Position numbers and translations under genes: made by a program. Shown one piece after another: positions 17,682 to 26,854 of a DNA stretch of 64,000 nt. The DNA lies in the IMG/VR virus record IMGVR_UViG_3300032242_000723, positions 269,116-333,115 of that record; one strand, 5' to 3'. How positions within the stretch are numbered: position 1 is the stretch's first letter; each line of letters opens with the position of its first letter. The notes under the pieces were generated by a model that was given only the letters and a program-made list of their open reading frames with translations, had not been told where the DNA came from and searched no databases.

Positions 17682-18863
17682 ATGAATAATGCTTATGTAG
17701 TCGGCTATGGAATGATTGATGCGTTGGGAAACAATCCAAAAGATTGCTTTCAACGAATGTTAGACGATAATGATTATTCTTCCGACATTCCGTCAATGCT
17801 TGAAGAAAATCTCAAAGTTTATCGCGGATATCAAGTAGATGAATCCAAATTAATACTTCCAGAAGGTTGGAGCAATAAAGGTGTTAACTTATCTCAAAAA
17901 CTTGCTATGCATTCTGCAATGCAAGCATTAGAAATGGCAAATCTTCCCTATAGTAGCAATGTTGCAGTTATTTACAGCACAACTTCGGTGATTGATGAAG
18001 CATTAGAAGAGTTTTTTCCCAAACTTATTGCGAACAAAAGAATTAACCCTCGCACGGTAATCAATCGTATTCCTGATATGACTGCCGATCATATTAGCAG
18101 CTATTGGAAATTTATGGGAGTAAGTGCTGCGGTACTTGGCTCTTGTGCAACAGGTATTCTATCGATTGATTATGCAATGCGTTTATTAGACGAATATGAC
18201 TATGTGGTATGCGGTAGTGGTGACGCAGGAACCTTTCGTATTGCAATGAAGAGTTTTTCTTCAGGCGGCGCATTAGGAAACAATAATAAACCATTTGATG
18301 ACGACCGTGAAGGATTTGTCATGGGATCAGGTGCAGGTGTATTGATTCTAGCATCGGCTAAAAGTGTTGAAAAGTATGGTTCAAAAGTTTATGCTACTTT
18401 GTATCCTGCAGGTTTGGCAAGTGATGCATATGATCAAACGTCTCCTGCCGCAGATGGACGAGGATCCCGCTTAGCATTATCCAAAGCAACAGCAAGCAAT
18501 GTTACAATCGATGCAGTATCGGCACATGCTACTAGCACTCCTATAGGAGACATCATTGAATATACTTCGGTAACTGATTATTTCGGAAAGATACCTATCT
18601 ATGCACCTAAATCTAAAATAGGCCATACCCTAGGTGGTTCTGGTATCGTTGAAACGATTTATGCCATTGAGTCAATGAATGCTGGCATAATACCTCATAT
18701 ACAAAACCTAAATAATGCATCGATGGATACATATAACTGTTTAGTACGTACTAACACGCTTTTTGAAGATAAGCCTACGTTACGCACTCTTAATAACTCA
18801 TTCGGTTTTGGTGGTAAATGTGCATCGCAAATTATTGAGGTAACAAGGCACGATTTCGGTTGA
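17682..18863 (+). CDS. fabF: beta-ketoacyl-ACP synthase (FabF/FabB family)
   Basis: Catalytic GSCATG (Cys), AHATST (His), KSKIGHTLGGSG (His), FDDDREGFVMG, NNSFGFGG; ATG 17682. Confidence 0.93.
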   Translation: MNNAYVVGYGMIDALGNNPKDCFQRMLDDNDYSSDIPSMLEENLKVYRGYQVDESKLILPEGWSNKGVNLSQKLAMHSAMQALEMANLPYSSNVAVIYSTTSVIDEALEEFFPKLIANKRINPRTVINRIPDMTADHISSYWKFMGVSAAVLGSCATGILSIDYAMRLLDEYDYVVCGSGDAGTFRIAMKSFSSGGALGNNNKPFDDDREGFVMGSGAGVLILASAKSVEKYGSKVYATLYPAGLASDAYDQTSPAADGRGSRLALSKATASNVTIDAVSAHATSTPIGDIIEYTSVTDYFGKIPIYAPKSKIGHTLGGSGIVETIYAIESMNAGIIPHIQNLNNASMDTYNCLVRTNTLFEDKPTLRTLNNSFGFGGKCASQIIEVTRHDFG

Positions 18864-18917
18864 CTTCGTTTGTTCGTTTTGATAGATTGAATCATAGACA
18901 GAAACACACAAACGGAG
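18851..18917 (+). promoter_or_regulatory. early promoter cassette, copy A
   Basis: cgatttcggTTGACT-N17-TAGATT-gaatcatagacagaaacacacaaacGGAG; shares blocks with 21621 and 46702. Confidence 0.8.
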
Positions 18918-18925
18918 CTACTCAC

Positions 18926-19243
18926 ATGACTCAGTTCTCAAACGAAAATCTCAATGATTCTAACGGCTGGCTCTCTTACGGTCCAGAACGCAAGTTCGTT
19001 GCTAACTTCTCAAAGCGTGGTGGTGGTAAGGCTACCTTCATCAAGTTCTTGATCAAGAACTTCACTGTTGAAGAATATTTTGAGATGCTTGAGACTAACA
19101 AGTCTCCACTTGGCATCGCTCAAACTAAGGGCTATGTTCTTCCTCACATCAAGAAGTGGCTCAAGGATCGGGGTTTGCCCCAGACTTCAGCTGGCTTTGA
19201 CACGATGATCCAGCAAAATATGGCTGCTCGATTGGCTGCATAA
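18926..19243 (+). CDS. hypothetical early protein
   Basis: ATG 18926 after GGAG RBS. Confidence 0.7.
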   Translation: MTQFSNENLNDSNGWLSYGPERKFVANFSKRGGGKATFIKFLIKNFTVEEYFEMLETNKSPLGIAQTKGYVLPHIKKWLKDRGLPQTSAGFDTMIQQNMAARLAA

Positions 19244-19264
19244 TCCTAGATTAAGGGTCATACT

Positions 19265-19597
19265 ATGTCCGCATATGGCTATTATAAAATCAAAATGAGG
19301 CAACGGCTATCAGAAGCACAAAATCATCGCTGCTGCTATTGTCATGTACGCTTTAGTGATGATCGTGCCTCCCCTTATTATGCAACACTTGAACATGTTA
19401 TTCCAATATCGCGCGGCGGAAGTAATAACTTAAAAAATCTTGTGGTAGCGTGTGAAGCATGTAATAACATTCGTGGTAGTAGATATAAGGCTGAAGAGTT
19501 CGGCAACCTAATACAGCATGGTCGCCTGGGTCTTTTGATGAACAACATGCATTTCATTTTTGATAAAATCAAAGCAAACGAGGAACTTGCCACATGA
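19265..19597 (+). CDS. HNH endonuclease
   Basis: CCYC...LEHVIPISRGGSNNLKNLVVACEACNNIRG. Confidence 0.9.
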   Translation: MSAYGYYKIKMRQRLSEAQNHRCCYCHVRFSDDRASPYYATLEHVIPISRGGSNNLKNLVVACEACNNIRGSRYKAEEFGNLIQHGRLGLLMNNMHFIFDKIKANEELAT

Positions 19598-19800
19598 CTA
19601 CGCCTGAAACGATTGAACGCCTTGACAACATCATCGCTAAGTTGGACGAGTCTGACGGCATGTTCGTTTACGGTATGCTCAACAAGATTGAAGCACTTGA
19701 GCGTGAGGTTGCCAAGCTGAAAGAGGATATTGGTTACCTAGAGTTCGCACATGACGATGCAATGTATAACGAAGGTTGGAAATTCGGTGACGGTTACTAA
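19594..19800 (+). CDS. hypothetical protein
   Basis: 68-aa coupled ORF, coiled-coil-like. Confidence 0.55.
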   Translation: MTTPETIERLDNIIAKLDESDGMFVYGMLNKIEALEREVAKLKEDIGYLEFAHDDAMYNEGWKFGDGY

Positions 19801-19801
19801 C

Positions 19802-20068
19802 ATGAAACTGAATATTTCTGCATTCAAGCCTTATGATAAGGACGAAGGATATCACTTCTGTTTTTACCATGAAGAATATCTAAAGATTGGGGTTAATCAT
19901 AACAACCCTAAAGACGGGGGTTATGTTTTGTATGTGATTGACAACGACGATTTTGTCATGAATAAGTTTTATGCATCATATGCAGATGTCATGATTGACT
20001 TTATGTCACTGCTCAAGGTACCACATATACAGATTCGTTCATTGGAAGCACTTGGTTTAGAAGTTTAG
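19802..20068 (+). CDS. hypothetical protein
   Basis: ATG 19802 in frame with track ORF 19751. Confidence 0.5.
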   Translation: MKLNISAFKPYDKDEGYHFCFYHEEYLKIGVNHNNPKDGGYVLYVIDNDDFVMNKFYASYADVMIDFMSLLKVPHIQIRSLEALGLEV

Positions 20069-20070
20069 AC

Positions 20071-20099
20071 TTGACATCTATCCTCATATAGTCTACATC
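20071..20099 (+). promoter_or_regulatory. possible sigma70-type early promoter
   Basis: cTTGACA-N17-TACATC upstream of the RNA ligase RBS (AAGGAG). Confidence 0.5.
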
Positions 20100-20128
20100 G
20101 ATCTATAAACTGAAACAAGGAGCATACC

Positions 20129-21349
20129 ATGAACTACGATTTTCCGATTATCAATAACATCTCGGATGTGTTGCCAGCGATTGAAGGTCGTGACGAGTTC
20201 ACGGTTGCTCAAAAGGACGGCTACACTGTCATCAACTATAATGTGATGTTTGAGGATACCTTTCCTCCCGTGAAAGTTACTGGAGGTTCTGCTAAGATGC
20301 GAGCCGAAAGGTCTCGTCATAACGTCCTGCGTCGTGAATGTCGCGGCATCATGTTTGACTCCGTGACTGGCGACATCATCCGTCGTCCTTTTCATAAGTT
20401 CTTTAATGTGAATGAAAGGGATGAAACTCAAGATAACACTATTGATATGTCTAAACCTCATGTTATCCTTGAGAAGCTGGACGGTAGCATGGTCGCTCCA
20501 TTCTACGCGAATGATTTAATGCTATTTGGAACGAAGATGGGTGCTACTGATGTAGCGAAGCCTGTTGAAGCCTTTGTTAATGCAAATCCAAAGTATATTG
20601 ACTTTTCGCGAAACCAGATTGAAAATGGGTTTACTCCTATCTTTGAATGGTGCTCGCGTAAGCAGCGTATCGTTTTAGATTATCCTGAAGATCAGTTGAT
20701 CTTGACTGGTCTCCGTCATCTTGAAACTGGTGAATATGTTTATTATGACGGTTTTGCTAGACTAGGAAAGGCTATGGATATCCCAGTTGTCCGTGCGTTT
20801 GACTCTCGTTCGGATATGAAGGAGTTCATTGAGTACACTCGTGATCTAGAAAACCTCGAGGGCTTTGTCGTTCGCTTTGACGATGGCCACATGCTAAAGT
20901 TAAAGTGTGAATGGTACCTTCAGATCCACCGTGCGAAGGAAGCGATTCTACAAGATCGTAACATCGTTGAGTTGATCCTTGACGAACACTTGGATGATGT
21001 GAAGCCTCACCTGCTTCAGGAAGATCGTGATCGTATCAACAAGTTTGAGAATGATTTCAATCAAGCGATTATGAAAATATCAACTCACATCCTCGACAAG
21101 ATAGTCAAAGATGTTCGTGGCTTGAAGATTTCTCGTAAGGACTTTGCTCTTGTCGTGTCTACTGTCGGTAACCAAAAAGGTGTCAACTATATCGCTCCTA
21201 TCATCTTTACTCTTTGGGATACTAATCCTATTGAGGTGAGTGATGTTGATGCACAGGTCCGCAAGATGGTACGCAAGTATCTGAATAAGATTGCGAGGTA
21301 CGAAGAGATTCGTGCTGCGTGGTTCCCTAATGTAATCTATAACATCTAA
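20129..21349 (+). CDS. rnlA: RNA ligase 1 (T4 Rnl1-like)
   Basis: RECRGIMFD, RPFHKFFN, EKLDGS (motif I), FEW, EGFVV, KLKCEWY. Confidence 0.88.
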   Translation: MNYDFPIINNISDVLPAIEGRDEFTVAQKDGYTVINYNVMFEDTFPPVKVTGGSAKMRAERSRHNVLRRECRGIMFDSVTGDIIRRPFHKFFNVNERDETQDNTIDMSKPHVILEKLDGSMVAPFYANDLMLFGTKMGATDVAKPVEAFVNANPKYIDFSRNQIENGFTPIFEWCSRKQRIVLDYPEDQLILTGLRHLETGEYVYYDGFARLGKAMDIPVVRAFDSRSDMKEFIEYTRDLENLEGFVVRFDDGHMLKLKCEWYLQIHRAKEAILQDRNIVELILDEHLDDVKPHLLQEDRDRINKFENDFNQAIMKISTHILDKIVKDVRGLKISRKDFALVVSTVGNQKGVNYIAPIIFTLWDTNPIEVSDVDAQVRKMVRKYLNKIARYEEIRAAWFPNVIYNI

Positions 21350-21371
21350 ACAACCTTAAAGGAAAAAGACA

Positions 21372-21617
21372 ATGGCTACCGCACTAGAAACTATTAAGTT
21401 CGCTGAAGGCAAACTCCTTGCTGCTAAGACATACTTCCCTGGCAGCAATGAGATTGCTCGTTTGGAGTTCATTGTTGAGGATCTGAGGTCCAAGTTGACC
21501 CCAGAAGAACTCATTCAGCATACCACTAAGGTGGTCAAGACCGAAGCCGATGTAGAGGCTGAGCGTATTGCTACTGTTAAGGCAATGAACGAAAACCGAG
21601 ATAAGCCTAGCATTTAG
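21372..21617 (+). CDS. hypothetical protein
   Basis: 81-aa ORF with AAGGA RBS. Confidence 0.65.
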   Translation: MATALETIKFAEGKLLAAKTYFPGSNEIARLEFIVEDLRSKLTPEELIQHTTKVVKTEADVEAERIATVKAMNENRDKPSI

Positions 21618-21620
21618 GTA

Positions 21621-21658
21621 CGATTTCGGTTGACATCATTTACCCGTTTTGCTATATT
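21621..21658 (+). promoter_or_regulatory. early promoter cassette, copy B
   Basis: cgatttcggTTGACA-N17(…tacccgttttgc)-TATATT. Confidence 0.85.
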
Positions 21659-21690
21659 GATCAAGTTGAAACATTTCAAAAGGAATAAGC

Positions 21691-22698
21691 ATGCCTCGCG
21701 TTCTCGTTAAGTCTGGTGAATATCGCAACTATCCGGTGACCAATGCCGAGTTTGAACTTGTTAAGGGTTTTCAAGTCGGTGCAAAGGGTGGTTATCTAAC
21801 TGTTAAGAACGGTGGGTTTTTCCCCATTGACATTGAAGATATCAAGATCAAGGTCGCAGGACTTGATAACTTTGAAATCGACGGCGAACCAGTTGTTGTT
21901 GAAACTAAGGTCACAGAGACCGACGAAGAGGCAATGAACCGTATTGCTACACGCTTTCAAATCCTAGATGAAATGTCAGCGGCTTGTATCAATGGCAATA
22001 TTCGTGCGATGATCGTCTCGGGTCCTCCGGGTGTTGGTAAATCGTTCGGCGTTGAAACGCAACTTGAAAAGTCTGCGATGTTTGACAAGATCGCAGGCAA
22101 TCGTGTGCGTTATGAAGTTGTCAAGGGTGCAATGACTGCATTGGGTCTGTATGCCCAGCTTTACAAGTACAGCGACAAGAAGAACATCCTAGTGTTTGAT
22201 GACTGTGATAGCGTGTTCATGGACGATCTTACCTTGAACATTCTAAAGGCTGCTCTTGATAGTGGCAAGCGTCGCAAGATTTGCTGGAATTCGGACTCGC
22301 GACTATTGCGTGAAGAAGGTATCCCGCACAGTTTCAACTTTGAAGGCTCTTGCATCTTCATCACGAACATCAAGTTTGACAACATTAAGTCAAAGCGTCT
22401 TCAAGATCACCTCGAAGCATTGCAATCTCGTTGTCACTTCCTTGATCTCACGATTGATACAGCCCGCGATATGATGCTTCGTATCAAGCAAGTTGACCGT
22501 GATGCTAATGGCGGATTGTTCAACGACTATCATTTCCAAAACAATGAGGGCGAAACTGTCCTCGCATACATGGAAGATAACAAGGCTAAGTTGCGTGAGT
22601 TGTCTATTCGTATGGCACTCAAGATTGCTGATCTTGTCAAGATTTCCCCTACTAACTGGAAGAACCTCGCTCAAAGCACTTGTATGAAGCGTTCGTAA
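21691..22698 (+). CDS. AAA+ ATPase with SRC (clamp-loader-clade-like) motif
   Basis: GPPGVGKS, LVFDDCD, CIFITN sensor 1, ALQSRC. Confidence 0.8.
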   Translation: MPRVLVKSGEYRNYPVTNAEFELVKGFQVGAKGGYLTVKNGGFFPIDIEDIKIKVAGLDNFEIDGEPVVVETKVTETDEEAMNRIATRFQILDEMSAACINGNIRAMIVSGPPGVGKSFGVETQLEKSAMFDKIAGNRVRYEVVKGAMTALGLYAQLYKYSDKKNILVFDDCDSVFMDDLTLNILKAALDSGKRRKICWNSDSRLLREEGIPHSFNFEGSCIFITNIKFDNIKSKRLQDHLEALQSRCHFLDLTIDTARDMMLRIKQVDRDANGGLFNDYHFQNNEGETVLAYMEDNKAKLRELSIRMALKIADLVKISPTNWKNLAQSTCMKRS

Positions 22699-22725
22699 AA
22701 CTTCTAATCTATACCAGTTAACTTT

Positions 22726-22748
22726 GGGGGCTTCGGCCCCCTTTTTTT
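22726..22748 (+). terminator. rho-independent terminator
   Basis: ggggg-cttcgg-ccccc followed by 7 T. Confidence 0.9.
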
Positions 22749-22758
22749 ACCAATATAT

Positions 22759-22787
22759 TTGTATTAAAATATTGATGCTGCTATAGT
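22759..22787 (+). promoter_or_regulatory. sigma70-type promoter, 6 nt before ATG 22794
   Basis: TTGTAT-N17-TATAGT-actaag-ATG. Confidence 0.6.
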
Positions 22788-22793
22788 ACTAAG

Positions 22794-23825
22794 ATGAACA
22801 ATAAAGAACATCTCCTTTACTTCTTTTTGCAAGGGACAATAAACCTTAGTCAATATGATTATAAGTTTATGTCTAACCTGCAAACAATGATAAGCAATGA
22901 TAGCAGAGTGACCTCTAACCAGGCAACATTGTTTGATAACCTTATCAGCAAATATCAAAAGCAGTTAGCTAAGGCTGGGTACGATAAGCAAACGCTTAAG
23001 ACATTACCTTGGAAAGCAACCATAGTCGAAAGCACGGCTGAACATACTAGTGCCAGAGTGTCATTGTTTGATAACGAACTTAAGATCAGGGTACCGTTCA
23101 ACAAATCCTTCATTGCTCATTTCAGAGAGAATGTAGTTGACAATCCTTTTACCTGGGACAAAGAGTCTAAGTACTATCGCGCCTATTTTACGACAAACGC
23201 ACTGAAGATCGCATCAAAGTCACTTCCTAAATATTTCCCCACAGTAACCTATCATGATGACCTCGTTGATATCGTGAATGAGTTAAAGAAATATGAGGCA
23301 CCTGTATGGGATCCAATGTTGATCGACAACAACGGTCACTTAATGATCGCCGCTACAAATCCTATCGTGGATAATATCGTAAAGGATATAAATCTTCAGT
23401 TAAATATGAAGACATTGCATACATTATCACGACATGGAATCAAAACTGATAATAAGATCACTGATACTGATCTTAAACTTAAGTTCGCAGCCGAGTATGT
23501 AACCGAAGTAGATTTGGACAACATGGAACAAGTGGCAGAATGGGTGAAGGAACTCGAATGTGATGGTGTGATATTAGGTAGAGGCATCATATATGGTAAA
23601 CCTTACGGACTAGGTGAGACGGCTACGATGAAAGAGATTATTACTACTAATCTAGCCAAACATGATGTGCCCTGTATTGCATCGCACTCATCACAAGAAG
23701 GCGCGACTGTGGACCGTAACTATCTTTTAATGCAACTTACTAGCATGACAACTACGCCAGCATTTCCCAGCAATACTTCTAAGATAATCATAGTGAAAAA
23801 CTCCCGTCCCATAGAGGTCAAATGA
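22794..23825 (+). CDS. hypothetical protein
   Basis: 343-aa ORF coupled to the helicase. Confidence 0.75.
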   Translation: MNNKEHLLYFFLQGTINLSQYDYKFMSNLQTMISNDSRVTSNQATLFDNLISKYQKQLAKAGYDKQTLKTLPWKATIVESTAEHTSARVSLFDNELKIRVPFNKSFIAHFRENVVDNPFTWDKESKYYRAYFTTNALKIASKSLPKYFPTVTYHDDLVDIVNELKKYEAPVWDPMLIDNNGHLMIAATNPIVDNIVKDINLQLNMKTLHTLSRHGIKTDNKITDTDLKLKFAAEYVTEVDLDNMEQVAEWVKELECDGVILGRGIIYGKPYGLGETATMKEIITTNLAKHDVPCIASHSSQEGATVDRNYLLMQLTSMTTTPAFPSNTSKIIIVKNSRPIEVK

Positions 23826-25270
23826 AACAAGCAAAAATAATAATCAAAGATGAAGTCAATGTAAAGATTGAGGGACTAGAACTCAATATCCGCAAAGCGT
23901 TGACGAAAAAGTTTGAGTTTGAGAAGCCCGGTGCAAGATATCAGCCAGCAGTACGATTAGGTAGATGGAACGGTAAGGTCAGTTATTTCTCATTAGGTGG
24001 TAGCACCTATATGAATCTACTAGACAAGATCATCCCTGTACTGATCGACTATGACTACGACATTGAGTTACAAGACCTTCGTGAACCTAGCGAAGAGTTA
24101 CAGTTTGAACGGGTGACAGAAGATACCTTTTCTGATATCAAATGGCCAAAAGGACATGAGCGTGAAGGGCAACCTGTTGTCTTGCGTGACTATCAGATAG
24201 AGATCGTAAACAACTTCCTAGAGAACCCTCAATCGCTTCAGGAAGTCGCTACAGGGGCGGGCAAGACTCTTATGACTGCTGCACTGTCTAAGAGTATAGA
24301 GCATCTAGGACGCTCTATAGTGATCGTTCCTAACACATCGTTGGTCGTTCAAACAGAAGCAGACTACATCAACTTAGGGCTTGACGTGGGCGTATATTTC
24401 GGTGCCCGTAAAGAGTATGGAAAAACACATACGATCTGTACCTGGCAATCACTGAATATCTTATTGAAGAACACCGAAGAGGATAGCGAAGTAGTACCCA
24501 GTTTCTTTGAGGATGTCGTATGTGTTATCGTAGACGAGGTACATATGGCTAAGGCTGATGTTCTCAAGACGATGCTAACTGGTGTGCTATCTAATGTCCC
24601 TATTCGTTGGGGACTAACAGGTACGATCCCTAAAGCAGAGATGGATAAGACATCTATATTAGTATCATTGGGACCTGTTATAGGTAAGCTCTCAGCAAGC
24701 GAACTACAAGACAGAGGGGTATTAGCAACCTGTCATGTGAATATCATACAGTTGAAGGATAAGGTAGAGTTTATCAACTATCAAAGTGAACTCAAGCACC
24801 TATTAGAAAATGAATCTCGTCTTGATAAGATCGCAGAACTGATCGCGAATATTAACTTAACAGGTAATACTCTAGTATTAGTTGACCGAGTGAATGCAGG
24901 TAAAGAACTTGCTAGTAGATTACCTAATGCAGTTTTTGTAAACGGCGGAACCAAACTTACAGAGAGAAAAGAAGAATATGACGAAGTTGCTACCAGCAAT
25001 GATAAGGTTATCCTTGCCACCTATGGTGTGGCTGCTGTTGGTATTAACATCCCCCGTATTTTTAATTTGGTTCTCATTGAGCCCGGGAAAAGCTTTGTTC
25101 GTGTCATTCAATCGATTGGTCGTGGTATTAGAAAGGCCGAAGATAAAGACCATGTTCAAATCTGGGATATTACAAGCTCCTGTAAGTTCGCAAAGAGGCA
25201 CCTAACACAACGGAAAGCATTCTATAAAGACGCAAACTACCCATTTACAATAGAGAAATTGGATTACTAA
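23822..25270 (+). CDS. uvsW: SF2 DNA helicase (UvsW-like)
   Basis: LRDYQ Q-motif, ATGAGKT, VDEVH, GLTGT, QSIGRGIR. Confidence 0.93.
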   Translation: MKQAKIIIKDEVNVKIEGLELNIRKALTKKFEFEKPGARYQPAVRLGRWNGKVSYFSLGGSTYMNLLDKIIPVLIDYDYDIELQDLREPSEELQFERVTEDTFSDIKWPKGHEREGQPVVLRDYQIEIVNNFLENPQSLQEVATGAGKTLMTAALSKSIEHLGRSIVIVPNTSLVVQTEADYINLGLDVGVYFGARKEYGKTHTICTWQSLNILLKNTEEDSEVVPSFFEDVVCVIVDEVHMAKADVLKTMLTGVLSNVPIRWGLTGTIPKAEMDKTSILVSLGPVIGKLSASELQDRGVLATCHVNIIQLKDKVEFINYQSELKHLLENESRLDKIAELIANINLTGNTLVLVDRVNAGKELASRLPNAVFVNGGTKLTERKEEYDEVATSNDKVILATYGVAAVGINIPRIFNLVLIEPGKSFVRVIQSIGRGIRKAEDKDHVQIWDITSSCKFAKRHLTQRKAFYKDANYPFTIEKLDY

Positions 25271-25274
25271 TATG

Positions 25275-25303
25275 TTGACATCAAATACTATCTGTGCTAT
25301 ATT
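25275..25303 (+). promoter_or_regulatory. sigma70-type promoter, 6 nt before ATG 25310
   Basis: TTGACA-N17-TATATT-agcaac-ATG. Confidence 0.8.
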
Positions 25304-25309
25304 AGCAAC

Positions 25310-25813
25310 ATGAGAATACTTACATTAGACGAAAACGAGGCATTCAACCTCGAATACTTGCCAGAAGAAATTGATGATCTAAGATTTGCGGTACTAGATA
25401 ACTCAACACCTACTAATGTAGACTATCTGTATATCCCGTTAATCTTCCTAGAATCATTCAATGCTCCTGCACTCGTGCTCAAGATCGGCAACAAAACGAT
25501 CAAGATGCCAGTTGATTGGCAGATACTAATCGGTGAACAAGAACATGGTGATTTAGAAACTCTTCAGTTGTCCAGCTTGAATGACAGGGGATTCAATGCG
25601 TTTCAGTTCAATCCATTGACATCTAAGGCACCGACATTCTTACCCATTGAGATATTAGATATCTATCCAGATGTGACATGGTATGCACCTAAGTTGCGTA
25701 ATGGACAGTTCTTATGTGTACCAATAGACGATGGTCCCGAACCGCGTTGCGTATACTTTGTTAAAGAGATCAGCAGGAACTGCGAGATCGTAGATTATGG
25801 ACAGGCGTTTTGA
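25310..25813 (+). CDS. hypothetical protein, possible degenerate Hint (intein-like) fold
   Basis: Beta-rich 167 aa with spacing reminiscent of intein blocks A/B/F/G; catalytic residues absent. Confidence 0.6.
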   Translation: MRILTLDENEAFNLEYLPEEIDDLRFAVLDNSTPTNVDYLYIPLIFLESFNAPALVLKIGNKTIKMPVDWQILIGEQEHGDLETLQLSSLNDRGFNAFQFNPLTSKAPTFLPIEILDIYPDVTWYAPKLRNGQFLCVPIDDGPEPRCVYFVKEISRNCEIVDYGQAF

Positions 25814-25824
25814 GGGAAATAACA

Positions 25825-25953
25825 ATGGTAAACTTAGAAGCAGTAACAAAGTTCCAAAAGAAGCATAAACAGTCGGATATCATGGGAGTGATTAGAACGA
25901 TGTATCCAGACTTAGAGATCACTCTAGCAAAAAACAAAGGAAAACACAAATGA
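25825..25953 (+). CDS. small protein (42 aa) missing from the ORF track
   Basis: GAGGG RBS, MVNLEAVTKFQKKHKQSDIMGVIRTMYPDLEITLAKNKGKHK*, ATGA-coupled to 25950. Confidence 0.5.
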   Translation: MVNLEAVTKFQKKHKQSDIMGVIRTMYPDLEITLAKNKGKHK

Positions 25954-26267
25954 ACTTTATCGACAAATGGTTTAGGAAGATGATGCGGAAAGTAGAGCAG
26001 GAAGACTGCACTATTGATGCACCAGAGTCCCGCCCATCATATTCAGGACTGAGAAGTGGTCAGGTTATGAACTTCACGATATACAAGGCTAGTGGTGGAT
26101 TTGTTATTCAGTATAACAACGAAGATAACGATCATAATAACCATAAATCTTACCACGCAGTACCCACACCTAACAATCATGAACCTAAGTTATTGATCGT
26201 GAATAACGGTGAAGATTTGGGCAAGGCTATTGATCAACTTATCTTAGTAGAGGCATTAAAGGCGTAA
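25950..26267 (+). CDS. hypothetical protein
   Basis: 105-aa ORF with AAGGA RBS. Confidence 0.65.
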   Translation: MNFIDKWFRKMMRKVEQEDCTIDAPESRPSYSGLRSGQVMNFTIYKASGGFVIQYNNEDNDHNNHKSYHAVPTPNNHEPKLLIVNNGEDLGKAIDQLILVEALKA

Positions 26268-26854
26268 TGGCTAAAGAAAAGGTACAAGCTGACGAGAAGT
26301 TTGAGAACCAAGACTTTGACTTGTTCCAAGCCCTCATTGCTATTGACAAGAAAGACTATGGTTACTACGATAGACTGACTGTTGAACAGCAGAAGAAGTT
26401 TGTACCTTTCATGATGTTACATTGGGTCAGTGCAGTGAATGGTGGTAAAGATATTCAATCTTACTATCTTCAAAGCACTGATTATCATGCGAACAAGTAT
26501 CTGTTCAATGAGAATGTGCAAAAGCATCCCAAGTTACAGTGGCTAATGCTATGTTCAGCAAGTCCAGGTGTGGGGAAACAGTTCCATCAGTGGATACCTC
26601 ATATCAAGGACAAAGTGGCAAAACTACGAGAAAAGCCAAAGAATAAAGAGATCAAAGAATACTACAAGAAGATTTATCCTAGAGCGAGTGACAGTGACCT
26701 TACCCTATTGAGTGAGAGATATGTTGACCAACATCGCAAAAAGATGTATCTTGCTAATAAGTTTCCTACCCTGAAGTTTGATGAGATTGAGACATTAAGT
26801 GGCATTATTACAGACCAAGACATTGAAGACTACGAACAAGACTGGGGCAACTGA
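26267..26854 (+). CDS. putative clamp loader small subunit (T4 gp62-like)
   Basis: LQWLMLCSASPGVGKQFHQW resembles gp62 HFNYLMAAVPRGKRYGKW; helical; replication context. Confidence 0.5.
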   Translation: MAKEKVQADEKFENQDFDLFQALIAIDKKDYGYYDRLTVEQQKKFVPFMMLHWVSAVNGGKDIQSYYLQSTDYHANKYLFNENVQKHPKLQWLMLCSASPGVGKQFHQWIPHIKDKVAKLREKPKNKEIKEYYKKIYPRASDSDLTLLSERYVDQHRKKMYLANKFPTLKFDEIETLSGIITDQDIEDYEQDWGN

